A stretch of 64,000 nucleotides of DNA. Origin: a virus. Taxonomy: Duplodnaviria > Heunggongvirae > Uroviricota > Caudoviricetes. The translations under genes and the position numbers were made by a program. Each line of letters starts with the position of its first letter. Position 1 is the first letter of the stretch. The notes under the pieces were generated by a model, which saw only the letters and a program-made list of their open reading frames with translations, searched no databases and was not told the DNA's origin. The stretch covers positions 104,100 through 168,099 of the IMG/VR virus record IMGVR_UViG_3300035212_002004; one strand, 5' to 3'. Of this stretch, positions 19,375-30,700 are shown in pieces.

Positions 19375-20133
19375 TTACACTTCTCTTTTAATTACAGTTT
19401 TTAACTCTTCAATACTAGGTTTAGGATTAGGATTTTCTAAATCAAATAATTTTTTAACACATCTAAAGATTTCTAAATCTTCATCTTGTGTTCTATCAGA
19501 TTCAACTATTTCCCAACCTTTACCCTGCATCTTTTTACCTGATTTATCTATACCACGTTTAGATGATTTTAACCATAATACTCCTCTTCTATTTACTTTT
19601 TTCTCAAAACATTCTTCATAACATTTACTATAAATAGCAGTTTGTAAGTCATAAGTAGTTTGTAAATGATTTGATGTTTTTAAATCTATAACCCATAATT
19701 TATCTTCTATTTCAACTATTAAATCACAAGTTCCAGCTACTCTAAGTTCATCTGAAAATAAATGTACTTCAGTTTCAATTAATTTAGGTTTATAGGTTTC
19801 CCAAAATTCAACAAATTTAGTAAACATTTTCCATACTTCAGGTATATATTTGGGTCTGTTATATTGATCTAAAAAAGTACATTCTTTACCATTTAAATAA
19901 TCTTCACATAATTGGTGAGTTTGAGTACCTTCTTCAGCTGCCTTTTTAACAATATATTCTGATGAGTATCCTACCTTTTTTAACCAGTCTTCAAAATGTT
20001 TACCCTTTGGATATGAGGATAAAACATGTGTAATTGAAGGGTAGTACTCACCATTTCTTTGATAAAATCTAGAATCTGGTAAAGTAATTTGTTGGTGGTC
20101 ATCTGATATTTTTAATATTCTTTCGTAACTCAT
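19375..20133 (-). CDS. PD-(D/E)xK family nuclease (RecB/Cas4/YqaJ-like exonuclease)
   Basis: GTCDLIVEIEDKLWVIDLKTS carries the D...E.K arrangement. Length ~250 aa. Confidence 0.55.
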   Translation of the reverse strand: MSYERILKISDDHQQITLPDSRFYQRNGEYYPSITHVLSSYPKGKHFEDWLKKVGYSSEYIVKKAAEEGTQTHQLCEDYLNGKECTFLDQYNRPKYIPEVWKMFTKFVEFWETYKPKLIETEVHLFSDELRVAGTCDLIVEIEDKLWVIDLKTSNHLQTTYDLQTAIYSKCYEECFEKKVNRRGVLWLKSSKRGIDKSGKKMQGKGWEIVESDRTQDEDLEIFRCVKKLFDLENPNPKPSIEELKTVIKREV

Positions 20134-20136
20134 AGT

Positions 20137-21069
20137 TTAAATAGATAATTTAAGTGAAAATAAATCAGAGAAAGTAAATTCTTGTGATTGCTGTATTAGA
20201 TGAGTAAAATGTTCAAAACCCATATCACTTGGATCTTTACTATCTAATTTAATTACATGTAATGTTTTTCCTGATTGGAGAATATCTCCGGCAATTTTAA
20301 GTGTGCTTTTTAAAGCATCACTATCTAAGGCTAAATAAATATTTTTAATATCATTATTTAATAACCTTTTTGTTAATTTTTTAGATAAAGTTTTCCCATA
20401 TAAAGGAATAGCATTACGTTTAATAGCTATAGCATCAAACGCCCCTTCACATAGAATCACAGGCAAATTCCAATTAATAAGATTTTCAAACCCAATTATG
20501 TTATTTTTATCAGCTGATGGAGCATCATATTTTTTAAATGGGTCCTCTTCAAATGAACGTGCTATAAAATAATCTAATTTATTTTCTGAATTATAGTTAG
20601 GGATGATTATTTTATTTGAGTATGGGCCATATTCACAATATCCTATTTGATATTTTAATATATCTATTGATTTTATATTACGTTTTTTAAGATAAGCTAT
20701 AGCTTGCCTTGCTGTTAAATTAGATTTAGATATATTATATAGGGGTAAGTATTCCTTAGGCAGCTCAATATTATTGTTAAGCTCAATTCTATCTGTTTTA
20801 TAGGTTGTACCTAATATAGAGTTTAATTCAGTATATCTACTTCCTTCTACTTTTAGACCTTTAAATAAAGTTGAGATTGTTTTCCCTTTAGCATCACAAG
20901 CCCAACAATGCCAAGGATTTTCATTCTTAGTTGTTGGAACCAAATTAATTTCTAATTTTGGTTTTCTGTGTTTACAAAATGGACAGTGGAAAGCATAGTT
21001 ACCTCTTGAGGTTACATTACCTTTCCCTATTACTGATTGTAATAGACCTAATAATATTCCGTTTACCAT
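20137..21069 (-). CDS. DNA primase, DnaG-type (Zn ribbon + TOPRIM; T4 gp61/T7 gp4 primase-like)
   Basis: CPFCKH...HCWACDAKG zinc finger. TOPRIM ILCEGAFDAIA and LALDSD motifs. Confidence 0.75.
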   Translation of the reverse strand: MVNGILLGLLQSVIGKGNVTSRGNYAFHCPFCKHRKPKLEINLVPTTKNENPWHCWACDAKGKTISTLFKGLKVEGSRYTELNSILGTTYKTDRIELNNNIELPKEYLPLYNISKSNLTARQAIAYLKKRNIKSIDILKYQIGYCEYGPYSNKIIIPNYNSENKLDYFIARSFEEDPFKKYDAPSADKNNIIGFENLINWNLPVILCEGAFDAIAIKRNAIPLYGKTLSKKLTKRLLNNDIKNIYLALDSDALKSTLKIAGDILQSGKTLHVIKLDSKDPSDMGFEHFTHLIQQSQEFTFSDLFSLKLSI

Positions 21070-21084
21070 AACCTTTGTGTTGTT

Positions 21085-21237
21085 TTATACTTCTCTTACG
21101 TCAAATATAGGTTCGAATTTTTCTAAAATCAAACGTTTTTGTTGGGAGAAAAACAATTTTGCTTCCTCTAGGGATCTAAACCTCATTTGGTTGATAGGCT
21201 CAGTAGAGTTTTTGTGATATAGACCGTATAATTTCAT
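21085..21237 (-). CDS. possible 50-aa ORF (start moved to internal ATG)
   Basis: The 85-aa ORF-track version would run through the GGCTCCctacaGGAGCC terminator hairpin (21262-21278) and overlap the upstream gene by 59 nt. Confidence 0.3.
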   Translation of the reverse strand: MKLYGLYHKNSTEPINQMRFRSLEEAKLFFSQQKRLILEKFEPIFDVREV

Positions 21238-21283
21238 ATGTTTTTGGTTTAATGTAATGAGGCTCCCTACAGGAGCCAAATAT

Positions 21284-21721
21284 TTATGTAAAGTCTTTTT
21301 TAAAGAAACGTCCAGAGATATTATCATTAAAGTAGGTATCACCTTTTTCTAGTACTTCATTAATATAAAGGTATTTGTCTTCATAATAAGTTAGTAGTTT
21401 TTTTGAAGGTACAAACATAAGAATTTCTCTTGTAAATTCATCTTGTTTACCTTCTTTTAACATTTGTTTAATTGTTGGATTTGACCCGTAATAGGTTTTC
21501 CAATCAGATTCTTTAGTAACTGTTTTTTTCTTAGAAGCTCTTTTATCAGTAATTAAAGCTAGTTCTTTTTTACCTAAAGCTTTCTTTTGAACAGATATTA
21601 ACTGCTTTTTACCTAAGTATTTTCTACCTGTTGGAAGATGTGTTACTTCATAGATAAAGCCAAACGTAGGGTTTGGCATATCTGTTAACTCTTTCATTTC
21701 TTCATTTTTATATAACCACAT
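21284..21721 (-). CDS. GIY-YIG domain protein (putative homing endonuclease-like, short form)
   Basis: FGFIYEVTHLPTGRKYLGKK matches the GIY-x10-YIG spacing. No extended DNA-binding domain. Confidence 0.5.
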   Translation of the reverse strand: MWLYKNEEMKELTDMPNPTFGFIYEVTHLPTGRKYLGKKQLISVQKKALGKKELALITDKRASKKKTVTKESDWKTYYGSNPTIKQMLKEGKQDEFTREILMFVPSKKLLTYYEDKYLYINEVLEKGDTYFNDNISGRFFKKDFT

Positions 21722-21732
21722 ATTTTTTTATT

Positions 21733-22038
21733 TTATAAATCGTATTTTACTACAAAAGTAGTATCTGTTACTGAGGATAAGGGGACGGGTTGTGCTAATT
21801 TGGCTACGGCTAATAATTCACTATTATTATTATAAAGCCCTATTGTTGTTACATATGGAGCAAAATTTGAAGATGTAGCAAATGGCCTTAATGAACCTGA
21901 ATTATCAGTTGTCAATGTAGGGTTATGAGAAAGATTAAATTCATTCTCATTTATTTTGCAACGTATTTCGTTTTCATAAATGATATGTTCATTTTTGAAT
22001 CCTAAAACTGCATTTATGTCTTGTGTTATAGTACTCAT
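21733..22038 (-). CDS. small virion-associated protein sharing a C-terminal domain with 26003..27040
   Basis: YVTTIGLYNNNSELLAVAKLAQP vs YVTTVGLYNDNNELLGVAKLSKP. Confidence 0.5.
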   Translation of the reverse strand: MSTITQDINAVLGFKNEHIIYENEIRCKINENEFNLSHNPTLTTDNSGSLRPFATSSNFAPYVTTIGLYNNNSELLAVAKLAQPVPLSSVTDTTFVVKYDL

Positions 22039-22988
22039 AATTGATTATTTCCTCCAGCTGCACATTTATATAAAATTACGTTTCCATCAGGTTCTAATTG
22101 ACCTTCTAATATGTTTAGAAAAGTTATAGTTATAGTTACACAGTTAGAAGCAGCATTTATAGGAGGGTTAGCGGTAATATCTATTTGTAATATTATTTCA
22201 CCTGATGAAGGAATTATTAATTCCCCAGATTTAGGTATAGTAAAAGATAAATATATATATTCTTCTGGTTTGGAAAGGTCTACCATAGATATAGTTCCCC
22301 CATGTGTTCCATTATCTAAATTGGAGGTTGAATAAGTTATTTTGGTTCCAGGTGCTCCTTTTATAGTATAAACTCTCCATCCTTCCTCTAATTCTGGAGG
22401 AGAAAGGCTATCTAAAGTCATAGTTGTTGGTATTGGTGCAGGTGCATCGCATATAGGTGGAGAAATTACATTACTATAAGATGAGGTAGCACCATTGCTA
22501 CAATAATTACGTGCTCTAAAATATAAAGTTGTATAAGCTGTAGGTAAATATAGTAAATCACTTACATCAATAGGTAATAATGAAGGAGATGAATTATTAT
22601 ATATTACTGAACTAGTATTTGAGGTAAAAGTGTTAGAAGTACTATATTCCATAACAGTATAATTAGCTGTTGAAGAACCTGAATTATATAATATCCTATA
22701 TTGGTAATCGTAAGGATCACATATTAGGGTAAAAGCATCAGTTAAAGTAGGAGGAGTACATCCATTAGGGGGACAAGCAACTAAATCTTGGTAATGTCTT
22801 TGAAATATTGTAGTACAAGGAGATAAAATATCTACTGAACCTGATATAAAATTTTGATTGAAATTTATAGAAGGTCCAAAAGCTATTCCTCCACTTATAT
22901 AACTAGAAGATACTACTGAGCCTAAAAAGGGCCCTGAGGTGAATACTTGTTGTATTCCTGAACTTGTTATGAATCCTGTATTAGCCAT
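22035..22988 (-). CDS. tail fibre / receptor-binding-like protein (Ser/Thr/Asn/Gly-rich)
   Basis: 317-aa low-complexity ORF adjacent to the 702-aa fibre-like protein. ATGA overlap. Confidence 0.5.
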   Translation of the reverse strand: MANTGFITSSGIQQVFTSGPFLGSVVSSSYISGGIAFGPSINFNQNFISGSVDILSPCTTIFQRHYQDLVACPPNGCTPPTLTDAFTLICDPYDYQYRILYNSGSSTANYTVMEYSTSNTFTSNTSSVIYNNSSPSLLPIDVSDLLYLPTAYTTLYFRARNYCSNGATSSYSNVISPPICDAPAPIPTTMTLDSLSPPELEEGWRVYTIKGAPGTKITYSTSNLDNGTHGGTISMVDLSKPEEYIYLSFTIPKSGELIIPSSGEIILQIDITANPPINAASNCVTITITFLNILEGQLEPDGNVILYKCAAGGNNQL

Positions 22989-22991
22989 AAA

Positions 22992-25100
22992 TTAAATTGG
23001 TTCTTGTTCACATTGTGAACCACTGTAAATATAAGTTCTACTATAAATATCAATACTTTGAGAAGGAGAAGTACAAGAACCACTATCAATTATAAATAAT
23101 GAGTATGAACCTGAATTTAATCCATCTAAAGTTACAGTTGTTGTATCAGATGAGTATACAGCTAATGTATTTAAATTTCTAGCAAAATAAGTATAAGGTG
23201 GAAGTCCTCCTGCAGCATTAAGTATTACAGCATTAGAACAAGAATTTATGTAAGAAGCTGTTGATGTAAATGTTATTTGTGTTGGACTTGTTAAAGTAAT
23301 AACATTTGAGTAAGATTGACATTCATATGGGTCAATATTTACTAAACTTAAATTATAACTACCTGTATGTAAATTAGAGGCAGTAATAGTATTATTTGTA
23401 AATGAACTTAATGGAACATTAGAATAAATAGCACTTGATGTTGGGTCTAATAAAGTAACATATAAATTATCTACCACATTTGTAAAGGTTACAGATATAG
23501 TTCCATTTGAACCTCCATAACAACCTATATTGGATTGTACCACACTTGCAGTTAATTGAGTATATGGAGTTAAAATAACAGTTGAACTTGTAATACAATT
23601 ATTAATATCTCTTACTAAGATGTTATATGAACCTGTACCTAAAGATGTATAAGTATTTGGAATGCTATTCCATCCAGTATTATTAATATTTACTGATGTT
23701 CCTGTTTGGTTGGATGGTGCTTCTATTATTATTATACCATCAGTACTAGTAGTAGAACATGGGTTTTTCCCAATAGTAGTAGTATAAGTTACAGGAGGAG
23801 AAAAAGATGAGAATGATTGAGTTACAACATTTCCTAGATAATCTTTAACATATATAATATTATTACTAGATGGTAATACACTACCACTAATTGTTACATT
23901 AAATAAGCTATTTGAACCTGTATAACTAACCCCATTATCTAAAGAGTAACTATAGTAAGGTACTCCATAATTAATAGAAAAAGTCACAGGTAAATTAGAA
24001 GTAGTTCCCCCACAGTTTGAAGAACTTATAATATTAGTAATTTGTAAGGGTTCAGAAGTAATTGTTAAATTAATTGAACTAGTATTACTAATCAAACCAG
24101 ATGAATTAGAAATTGTATATCCTATTTTATATGTTCCTGGTATTACACTAGATTGATTTGGGGTTATATTTATAAATCCATTATTATAGGTAAAATCCGG
24201 AAAAGAGTACCCTGATGTAGAGGATGAATTAAAAGTATTAAAAACTATATTTCCACAATCCGCATAATCATTAGCTATAATATCAAATGTTTGGGGTGTA
24301 TCTAAATTAAAATATGAAAAATAATCATTAGTAGTTGTTGGAGGTGCACCAAAAACACATAAATACTTCCCATTAGTTATTACTATTAATCCATGTGAAT
24401 AAAATACATTTCCTACATACTCTAATTGGGGAGGATTAGAATTTATTAATTCTAAATAAGCATCAGGGTTATAAATAGTTGAACTATATATTACATAATT
24501 TGCTTCAGTTTGATAATTATATAAATTACCTTCACCATCATCTCTTAGATAATATCCTGAGCCTGAAATATGAACAGTGTTTGGGGTTAAACCTGATCCC
24601 ATTATTTTTCTATCAACAGATATTACTGCAATTTTTCCTATTTTACTAGGATCAAAGGTAGTTTCATCATATAAACTTGAAGATACATCATATAATACTT
24701 CATCATAGGCTGAGAAATTATTGGGATTTGAAATACTACCTGTAATTGTAGATAAATTTCTAAATGTTGATATTCCAGAGCCTGAAGCTAGTGTAGATTG
24801 TTCGTAGTTAAAATATGAAGATGAATTAAAAAATTTACCTGTAAGCGAACCAGAGGTATAATTTTCATAATATAAATGCTTAATGGATTCAAAGATTAAC
24901 CTTCTTGATTCTTGATTAGATGTTTTTATATCATTTATAGGATCATAAAGAGAGGTTCTATTTACAGGTATATTTTCACCTATAAAGATATTTATACCAT
25001 TTTGAGATAATGTAGCATTGGTAACCTCCCATGGCTTATTAGCAATATAGGAGGTTAATGTTATATCATTTGAATTTAATGTTTTGTATGAAAAACTCAT
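22992..25100 (-). CDS. tail fibre-like protein (Ser/Thr/Asn-rich, 702 aa)
   Basis: Compositional bias typical of phage fibres. Sits in the structural cluster. Confidence 0.55.
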   Translation of the reverse strand: MSFSYKTLNSNDITLTSYIANKPWEVTNATLSQNGINIFIGENIPVNRTSLYDPINDIKTSNQESRRLIFESIKHLYYENYTSGSLTGKFFNSSSYFNYEQSTLASGSGISTFRNLSTITGSISNPNNFSAYDEVLYDVSSSLYDETTFDPSKIGKIAVISVDRKIMGSGLTPNTVHISGSGYYLRDDGEGNLYNYQTEANYVIYSSTIYNPDAYLELINSNPPQLEYVGNVFYSHGLIVITNGKYLCVFGAPPTTTNDYFSYFNLDTPQTFDIIANDYADCGNIVFNTFNSSSTSGYSFPDFTYNNGFINITPNQSSVIPGTYKIGYTISNSSGLISNTSSINLTITSEPLQITNIISSSNCGGTTSNLPVTFSINYGVPYYSYSLDNGVSYTGSNSLFNVTISGSVLPSSNNIIYVKDYLGNVVTQSFSSFSPPVTYTTTIGKNPCSTTSTDGIIIIEAPSNQTGTSVNINNTGWNSIPNTYTSLGTGSYNILVRDINNCITSSTVILTPYTQLTASVVQSNIGCYGGSNGTISVTFTNVVDNLYVTLLDPTSSAIYSNVPLSSFTNNTITASNLHTGSYNLSLVNIDPYECQSYSNVITLTSPTQITFTSTASYINSCSNAVILNAAGGLPPYTYFARNLNTLAVYSSDTTTVTLDGLNSGSYSLFIIDSGSCTSPSQSIDIYSRTYIYSGSQCEQEPI

Positions 25101-25951
25101 ATTATAGTTCTCAATTTATCAATGATTACCATTGGATTTTCTTTAATATCTTTTTCCCAAAATCTTAATAGAGTAAACCCTTTATCTTGAGCTAATTGAC
25201 CCTTATAAATATCATTAATTTTAGTTTCTTCTACTAATTTGAAGTGATTTTTAGTACCAGGATTACCATGCCAATAATCACCATCAATTTCTAATAATAT
25301 AGGTTTATGTTTTATTTTAAAATCATAAGATTTACAATTACCCTTATCATCTTTTAAATAAAATTGAAAAGTAAAATCAATATTATTTTCTACTAAGGTA
25401 TTCCAAACTAATTGTTCTAAATTATTTATCTTTTTATGTTTTAAAATTTTTTGAATAGTTTTAATACTATGAGGATGAGATTCAGTCCATGGTCTATTAC
25501 CTTCAGAATAAAATTTTAAAAATCTTTTACTAACTACTTCTTTTTGATGTAAACTTTGTTTTTTACCTAACATAGGTTGTTTTCCTTTATTTCTACTAAC
25601 CCCTTTAGAACTAATACTTATTTTATTTCCTGTCTCTTTAGAGATTATTTTACCTAAATGAGATTGACTTATCTTTTTAATATGCTCTTTAGTCATAAAA
25701 CCTTCAGGTTTTTTAACTCCCTTAAGTCCATGTTCTAATTGCTTTCTACATTCTTTAGAACAAGTTTTATATTTATAAACTATTTTTTCTTTACAATATT
25801 CACAAGGTTTATGTAAAGGTAAAGTATTCCAATATAATTTTAAATAATCTTCTAATAGGATATCTTTGTGGTTAGAAGAAATATGTCTTTTGATTCTACC
25901 AAAAGACATTTCTTGTTTACATATTTGACATATTACATTTTCTATATTCAT
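25097..25951 (-). CDS. homing endonuclease-like protein: N-terminal Zn finger, NUMOD3 repeats, C-terminal Vsr/DUF559-like PD-(D/E)xK domain
   Basis: CQICK...H and CEYCK...CSKEC. TKEHIKKISQSHLGK and ETGNKISISSKG NUMOD3-like. EIDGDYWHG...LLRFWE Vsr-like motif. Inserted between fibre genes with ATGA overlap. Confidence 0.65.
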   Translation of the reverse strand: MNIENVICQICKQEMSFGRIKRHISSNHKDILLEDYLKLYWNTLPLHKPCEYCKEKIVYKYKTCSKECRKQLEHGLKGVKKPEGFMTKEHIKKISQSHLGKIISKETGNKISISSKGVSRNKGKQPMLGKKQSLHQKEVVSKRFLKFYSEGNRPWTESHPHSIKTIQKILKHKKINNLEQLVWNTLVENNIDFTFQFYLKDDKGNCKSYDFKIKHKPILLEIDGDYWHGNPGTKNHFKLVEETKINDIYKGQLAQDKGFTLLRFWEKDIKENPMVIIDKLRTII

Positions 25952-26002
25952 AGTTTAATTTTACTAAGTATTCGTTAATAAATATTAAACTAGAGAAGAA
26001 AA

Positions 26003-27040
26003 TCAAAAATCGAGCTTAACCCTTATCAAGGCTTCTTTAGTAAAATCCTTTACTAGAGGTTTTGATAATTTAGCTACACCTAATAATTCATTATTATCGT
26101 TATATAAACCAACGGTTGTAACATATGTTTGGGGATTATTAATTAATGATGGGTAATAAAACTCTCCACTACCACTTATCATAGAAGGATTTGTAGTATA
26201 ATTAAAATCACTATTTTTAATTCTTACAAAGATATAATCAGATGTTATTGTTTCTTCACTATTTAATGAGAAATTTTTACCTCTATTAATAGCATTAAAT
26301 AAAGCATTATTAGTATCATATAAAGCATTATTGTTATTAGAAGTAAATGGGGCTAAATTAATTCCTCCTAAACTAGCAGATAAACTTAAGGCCTTAGAGT
26401 TTAGGATTATTAAACCTACATCAGGTAAAAATTTACCATATGAACCTGATACTGTATATCCCGCAGCACTACTACTTACAGGAATAGATGTGGTAGCTGA
26501 ACCGTTTGAACCACTTACTATATCAAATACTCTACCAGCATCACAATAGGTTAATGTAGTTGTATTAACACTATTATCAGTTAATTGAATTTTACCTTCT
26601 ACTGAACCTGATAAAGTTAAATTAAATGTTCCTGGGAATAGTTTTTCTTTATAATTAGCTCTATTAATATTAATTACATAAAAATCAGGAGCATTAGTAT
26701 TACCTGTACCAAAACTGATATTAGTATTTTCGTCCCCATTAATCAAGGTTCTAAATTGACCATAAGTAATTCTTGTAGGAGATAAACCAGGTACTAAAGC
26801 ATTTATAGGAGCAGAACCTGAACCATATAATTGACCATAAGATATAGAAAATTGAGGAAGGGCTGAAGCATTAATTAATGGAGATTCACTATATACTGGT
26901 AAATAAGCATTATTAGTAATATCAGATGGGGTTTTTTGAAAAAATGAAGATAGTGAGGTGTAATTATTACTCCATAAAGTTGAAGTAATAGAATCAGAAC
27001 TCACTACAAAATCTTCAGCATTTAATGTTATAAAGCTCAT
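26003..27040 (-). CDS. structural (fibre/baseplate-associated) protein with shared C-terminal module
   Basis: Ser/Thr/Asn-rich. C-terminal domain paralogous to 21733..22038. Confidence 0.5.
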   Translation of the reverse strand: MSFITLNAEDFVVSSDSITSTLWSNNYTSLSSFFQKTPSDITNNAYLPVYSESPLINASALPQFSISYGQLYGSGSAPINALVPGLSPTRITYGQFRTLINGDENTNISFGTGNTNAPDFYVININRANYKEKLFPGTFNLTLSGSVEGKIQLTDNSVNTTTLTYCDAGRVFDIVSGSNGSATTSIPVSSSAAGYTVSGSYGKFLPDVGLIILNSKALSLSASLGGINLAPFTSNNNNALYDTNNALFNAINRGKNFSLNSEETITSDYIFVRIKNSDFNYTTNPSMISGSGEFYYPSLINNPQTYVTTVGLYNDNNELLGVAKLSKPLVKDFTKEALIRVKLDF

Positions 27041-27052
27041 ATTATGTTTTTA

Positions 27053-27712
27053 TTAGCTAGTTACTTTTGTTATTGTTACTGGAATTGTTATTCTAGCTCC
27101 TGAATCTCTACCTGTAATAGTTAAAATAGTAGATAAAGAATTTCTAGTTCCAAATAAAGTATTAACAGTTGTAGCTGTTAAGTTTATTGTTGTTCCAACT
27201 ACAGTTTTAGAAACATTAGTTCCAATTGTAGTAGATGAATTTAAAGCTTGAGCTTCTGTTGTATTAACACCCACAGCATTAAAAGTAGATAAAACTCTAG
27301 AATCACCAATAGTAGCTGTATATCCTGAAGATTCGAATGCTGTTGATGCTCCTAGATAATTTAGGGTTTGAGGAGTAATAGCGAGTGAAGCTCCTTGACG
27401 TAAGGTAATTTGAGTATAACCAACATCCAACACAGGTAATTTAGCAGTACCTCTTGGTAAAGTTAAAAGTTTATACTTCATTATTTGAGTTTCATCAGGA
27501 AATGCCTCTAATATAGGCATAGCTTCAATGGCTTCACCATAATAAGCTGACCCAGATGGGTGGTAAGGGTTATATAAAGTATAATCAATCTCATCATCAG
27601 ACAATGAAAATTGAGTAATACGGAATGAACCGTCATTTTTTGCTAACAATTCTCTTCCTTTTTTAGTAAGAATTGCGTCTACTGTAACTGAAGTGTTATT
27701 TAAATAGCCCAT
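27053..27712 (-). CDS. structural protein (Thr/Ser/Asn-rich)
   Basis: 219-aa ORF preceded by ACATAATATG start context shared with 27040. Confidence 0.5.
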   Translation of the reverse strand: MGYLNNTSVTVDAILTKKGRELLAKNDGSFRITQFSLSDDEIDYTLYNPYHPSGSAYYGEAIEAMPILEAFPDETQIMKYKLLTLPRGTAKLPVLDVGYTQITLRQGASLAITPQTLNYLGASTAFESSGYTATIGDSRVLSTFNAVGVNTTEAQALNSSTTIGTNVSKTVVGTTINLTATTVNTLFGTRNSLSTILTITGRDSGARITIPVTITKVTS

Positions 27713-27760
27713 ATTATGTTTTGTGATTACTAGTTATAAATATGTATGTTTTTTATTTTT

Positions 27761-30700
27761 TTAAATTAAATTTTGAGATTTTAAATTTTTAATTATATTA
27801 CCTGCTTCGTCTTTTAAAGTTTTAGATATATCTTCTGTAAACAATATTCCGGCTGATGTTTGACCTTCTCTTTTATTTGCTATTATAACAACATTAGTTT
27901 CATCTGGTATTTTAGATAATATGATAAAATTCATAATATGAGCATTTGATCCTGAAGTGTTGCATGCTTGGTTAGGGATACTACCATCAATGCTAGATTT
28001 ATCTTCAAGTACTTCAAATACTAATCTATTTTCATATGAACCCGTTCCATTAGATCCGGAACCTATAATTTGACCTTGTGGAGGAATGATATTAATAATT
28101 TCTCTCTCAAAAGTAGTGGAAAATGGAAATTTTAAACTATCATGATTATAAAATCTAATTAAATCTCCTTTTTTGGGATTAAAATATTCTGTTATTGGTT
28201 GATAACCTTCAGCTACAATCGAAGAAGTAAGTACTTGTATTAAATTATTTCCATAATAATTCCCCCCAGGAACATAATGATCAAAATATAATTTTGATAA
28301 ATTGTAAGAAGCAGTCATTAATGTGGATACACTACCACTTTCAACTTTATTCCCTCTTTCAAAATACCAGTTAAGGTTAGTTCCTGAACCTGAATTATAT
28401 CCATTATCAGATGAACCTGTAAGATATATTAAAGCTGGTGCTTGGTTATTATAATAAGGATTACCAATAGTAAGTGGGTCTATTTCATAAATTGGGGTGG
28501 TTGTAAGTTGAATTTGTGGACTACTTGGAGTTTTATTAAAATTAAAAATAGTTTTTAAATTACCTACAATATTATCTAAGGTTTTTAATTGAACAGGAGT
28601 AACTTGACCTTGTGACCCTGGTTCTAATACTATTAACCCTTCAAATGGGTAAATAGCTTCTATTGTTAATCCATTTACTTCTAATATAGGGTAAGTACCA
28701 GAACCTGTATCAAAAGAAACTAAATTACCTGATGATTGGAATGAGTTTTGGATGTAGGTAGGAGAAAATGAAGCCGTAGTATTATTTACAACATATCTAA
28801 CATAATCTATTCCATTATAGGGTGAATAAGCATTTGGTACATTTTGTATAGTTTCATTTCCTACTAATGTAGAAGTAAGTTCATATGGGTATCTATTGTA
28901 AAAATACCCTGTAGTTCCTATGGGTGATTTAGCTTTTTTAATATTATCCCATGCTATAGGTTGAGGTTGAAAATCTCTAGTATCAGTAACTCCAAATGGT
29001 ATATTTTGACTTCCAAGTAAAGTATTAGTATTAGTATAAAAATTAACAATAAGATTTGTTGGAGGAGAAATTTTTACAGTTACTGTTATACTTCCTGTTA
29101 CTCTTTGAGTTATTTTCCCGGTATAAGGTGTATTTCTGGTTACAGGAAATGTAATTCCTGAGTCTAAGTTAATTTGAATATAATCGTTAAGTGTATTTAT
29201 ACTAGTATTAAACCCTATAGTGTTAGTTAAAGTTGGTGAGCCTAATATTATACCACCAGATATTGGTAAATTTACCATACTTCCAGTATTAGGGTTTGGA
29301 ATAGAAATATCATCAGTATAAAGAAAATCTATTGTTTTATGACCAGAGGTATTAGTTGAAAAATTCTGTAGTATAGGTTCATATCTAAATCCCCCAGCAT
29401 AAATTGGTTTTAACCCATTTAATGCTTTTTGTTTTGATGGTTGGTTAATATTTTCTAAAGCTATATTGGCATTAGTTCTATTAAATATATCTTGAACATC
29501 AAATAAATTTTTATTAGCTTCTGTTAACTCAATTACATTAGAGGCACTATTTATTAAGTATTTTATATTAATATTACTTCTTCCATTTAATGTTAAGGAT
29601 TGTGAAGTTATCTCATTAAAATAAGCAAATTGGACGGGATTAATGTTTATAACAGGATCCTTACCATAGGATTTATCTCCTACAGTGTAAGTATTATAAG
29701 CAGCTCCTGTTAATTTACTACCATTATATCTTGGAGTTATATGTCTTGCTAAGGTATAATTACTATCTTGAACTGTAGCATTTAAAAAAGGATAATTTGA
29801 ACTACTTAAATTAGAAAATAAACTTGCAGTTAAAAAATTAAAATTAACTGGGGTTATAGGGTTATAGGCATAATCTATATCTATATGTTTAGGTGAAGTT
29901 CTTGCTAAATATACATTATTTAATGTTGGGTTTAAAGGTAATCTAGAAAAGTTTTTATTTATACCTTGCGAACCAGAAACCAACATATGATTTAATTCAT
30001 ATACAATATTTTCAGTTGTTGGAGTATAAGCTGTTATTATAGTTCCACCTAATTCTCCAGTAATTAATTCTCTTCTATCAGTATTTAATTTTGATATGCT
30101 TCCAGAAATGTATTGTGTAGTTGTTGTATTATCAGTATTAATATCCAGGTTTAAACCGTTAGAACCAGATATAAAAGCAGTATCAATAGACCCACTATAA
30201 TTTACAAAAGTTAATGTTGGTTCGTGGCGAGGTATTTTGTTTCTCTCCAACATATGAGATTTGATAACTAAACCAGTAGAAAGATTTGCTTTGGCAGGTA
30301 CAAAATCTTTAATCATTTTGAATAATGAGTTATCAAAATAAGATAAAAGTTTTATAATATCAAATATATTTTGTGAGTCAGAATACTTTTTAAAGTAAAA
30401 ATTTCTTAAATCATCTAAAGCCGGATATGAACTTGAAGTTACTAATCTTGGATCACCAATATAGTCATCAATATTAAATGTTCCTAATTGTGCAATTATA
30501 TCTTCATTAATTGAATCTTGAGGAGATATTGCTACTTCAACTATATTTAAGTCTGGTGTATAAGGAAATATTTCTGGTTTTTGTATTGAAATATAAGGTG
30601 TTAATACATCTCCAGGAACTAGATTTGGGGTTGCAATTCTTACTTTTTCATCTATTTCTGTGATAGTACCTATATTAGGAGTATTAACTAAAAAGGTTTC

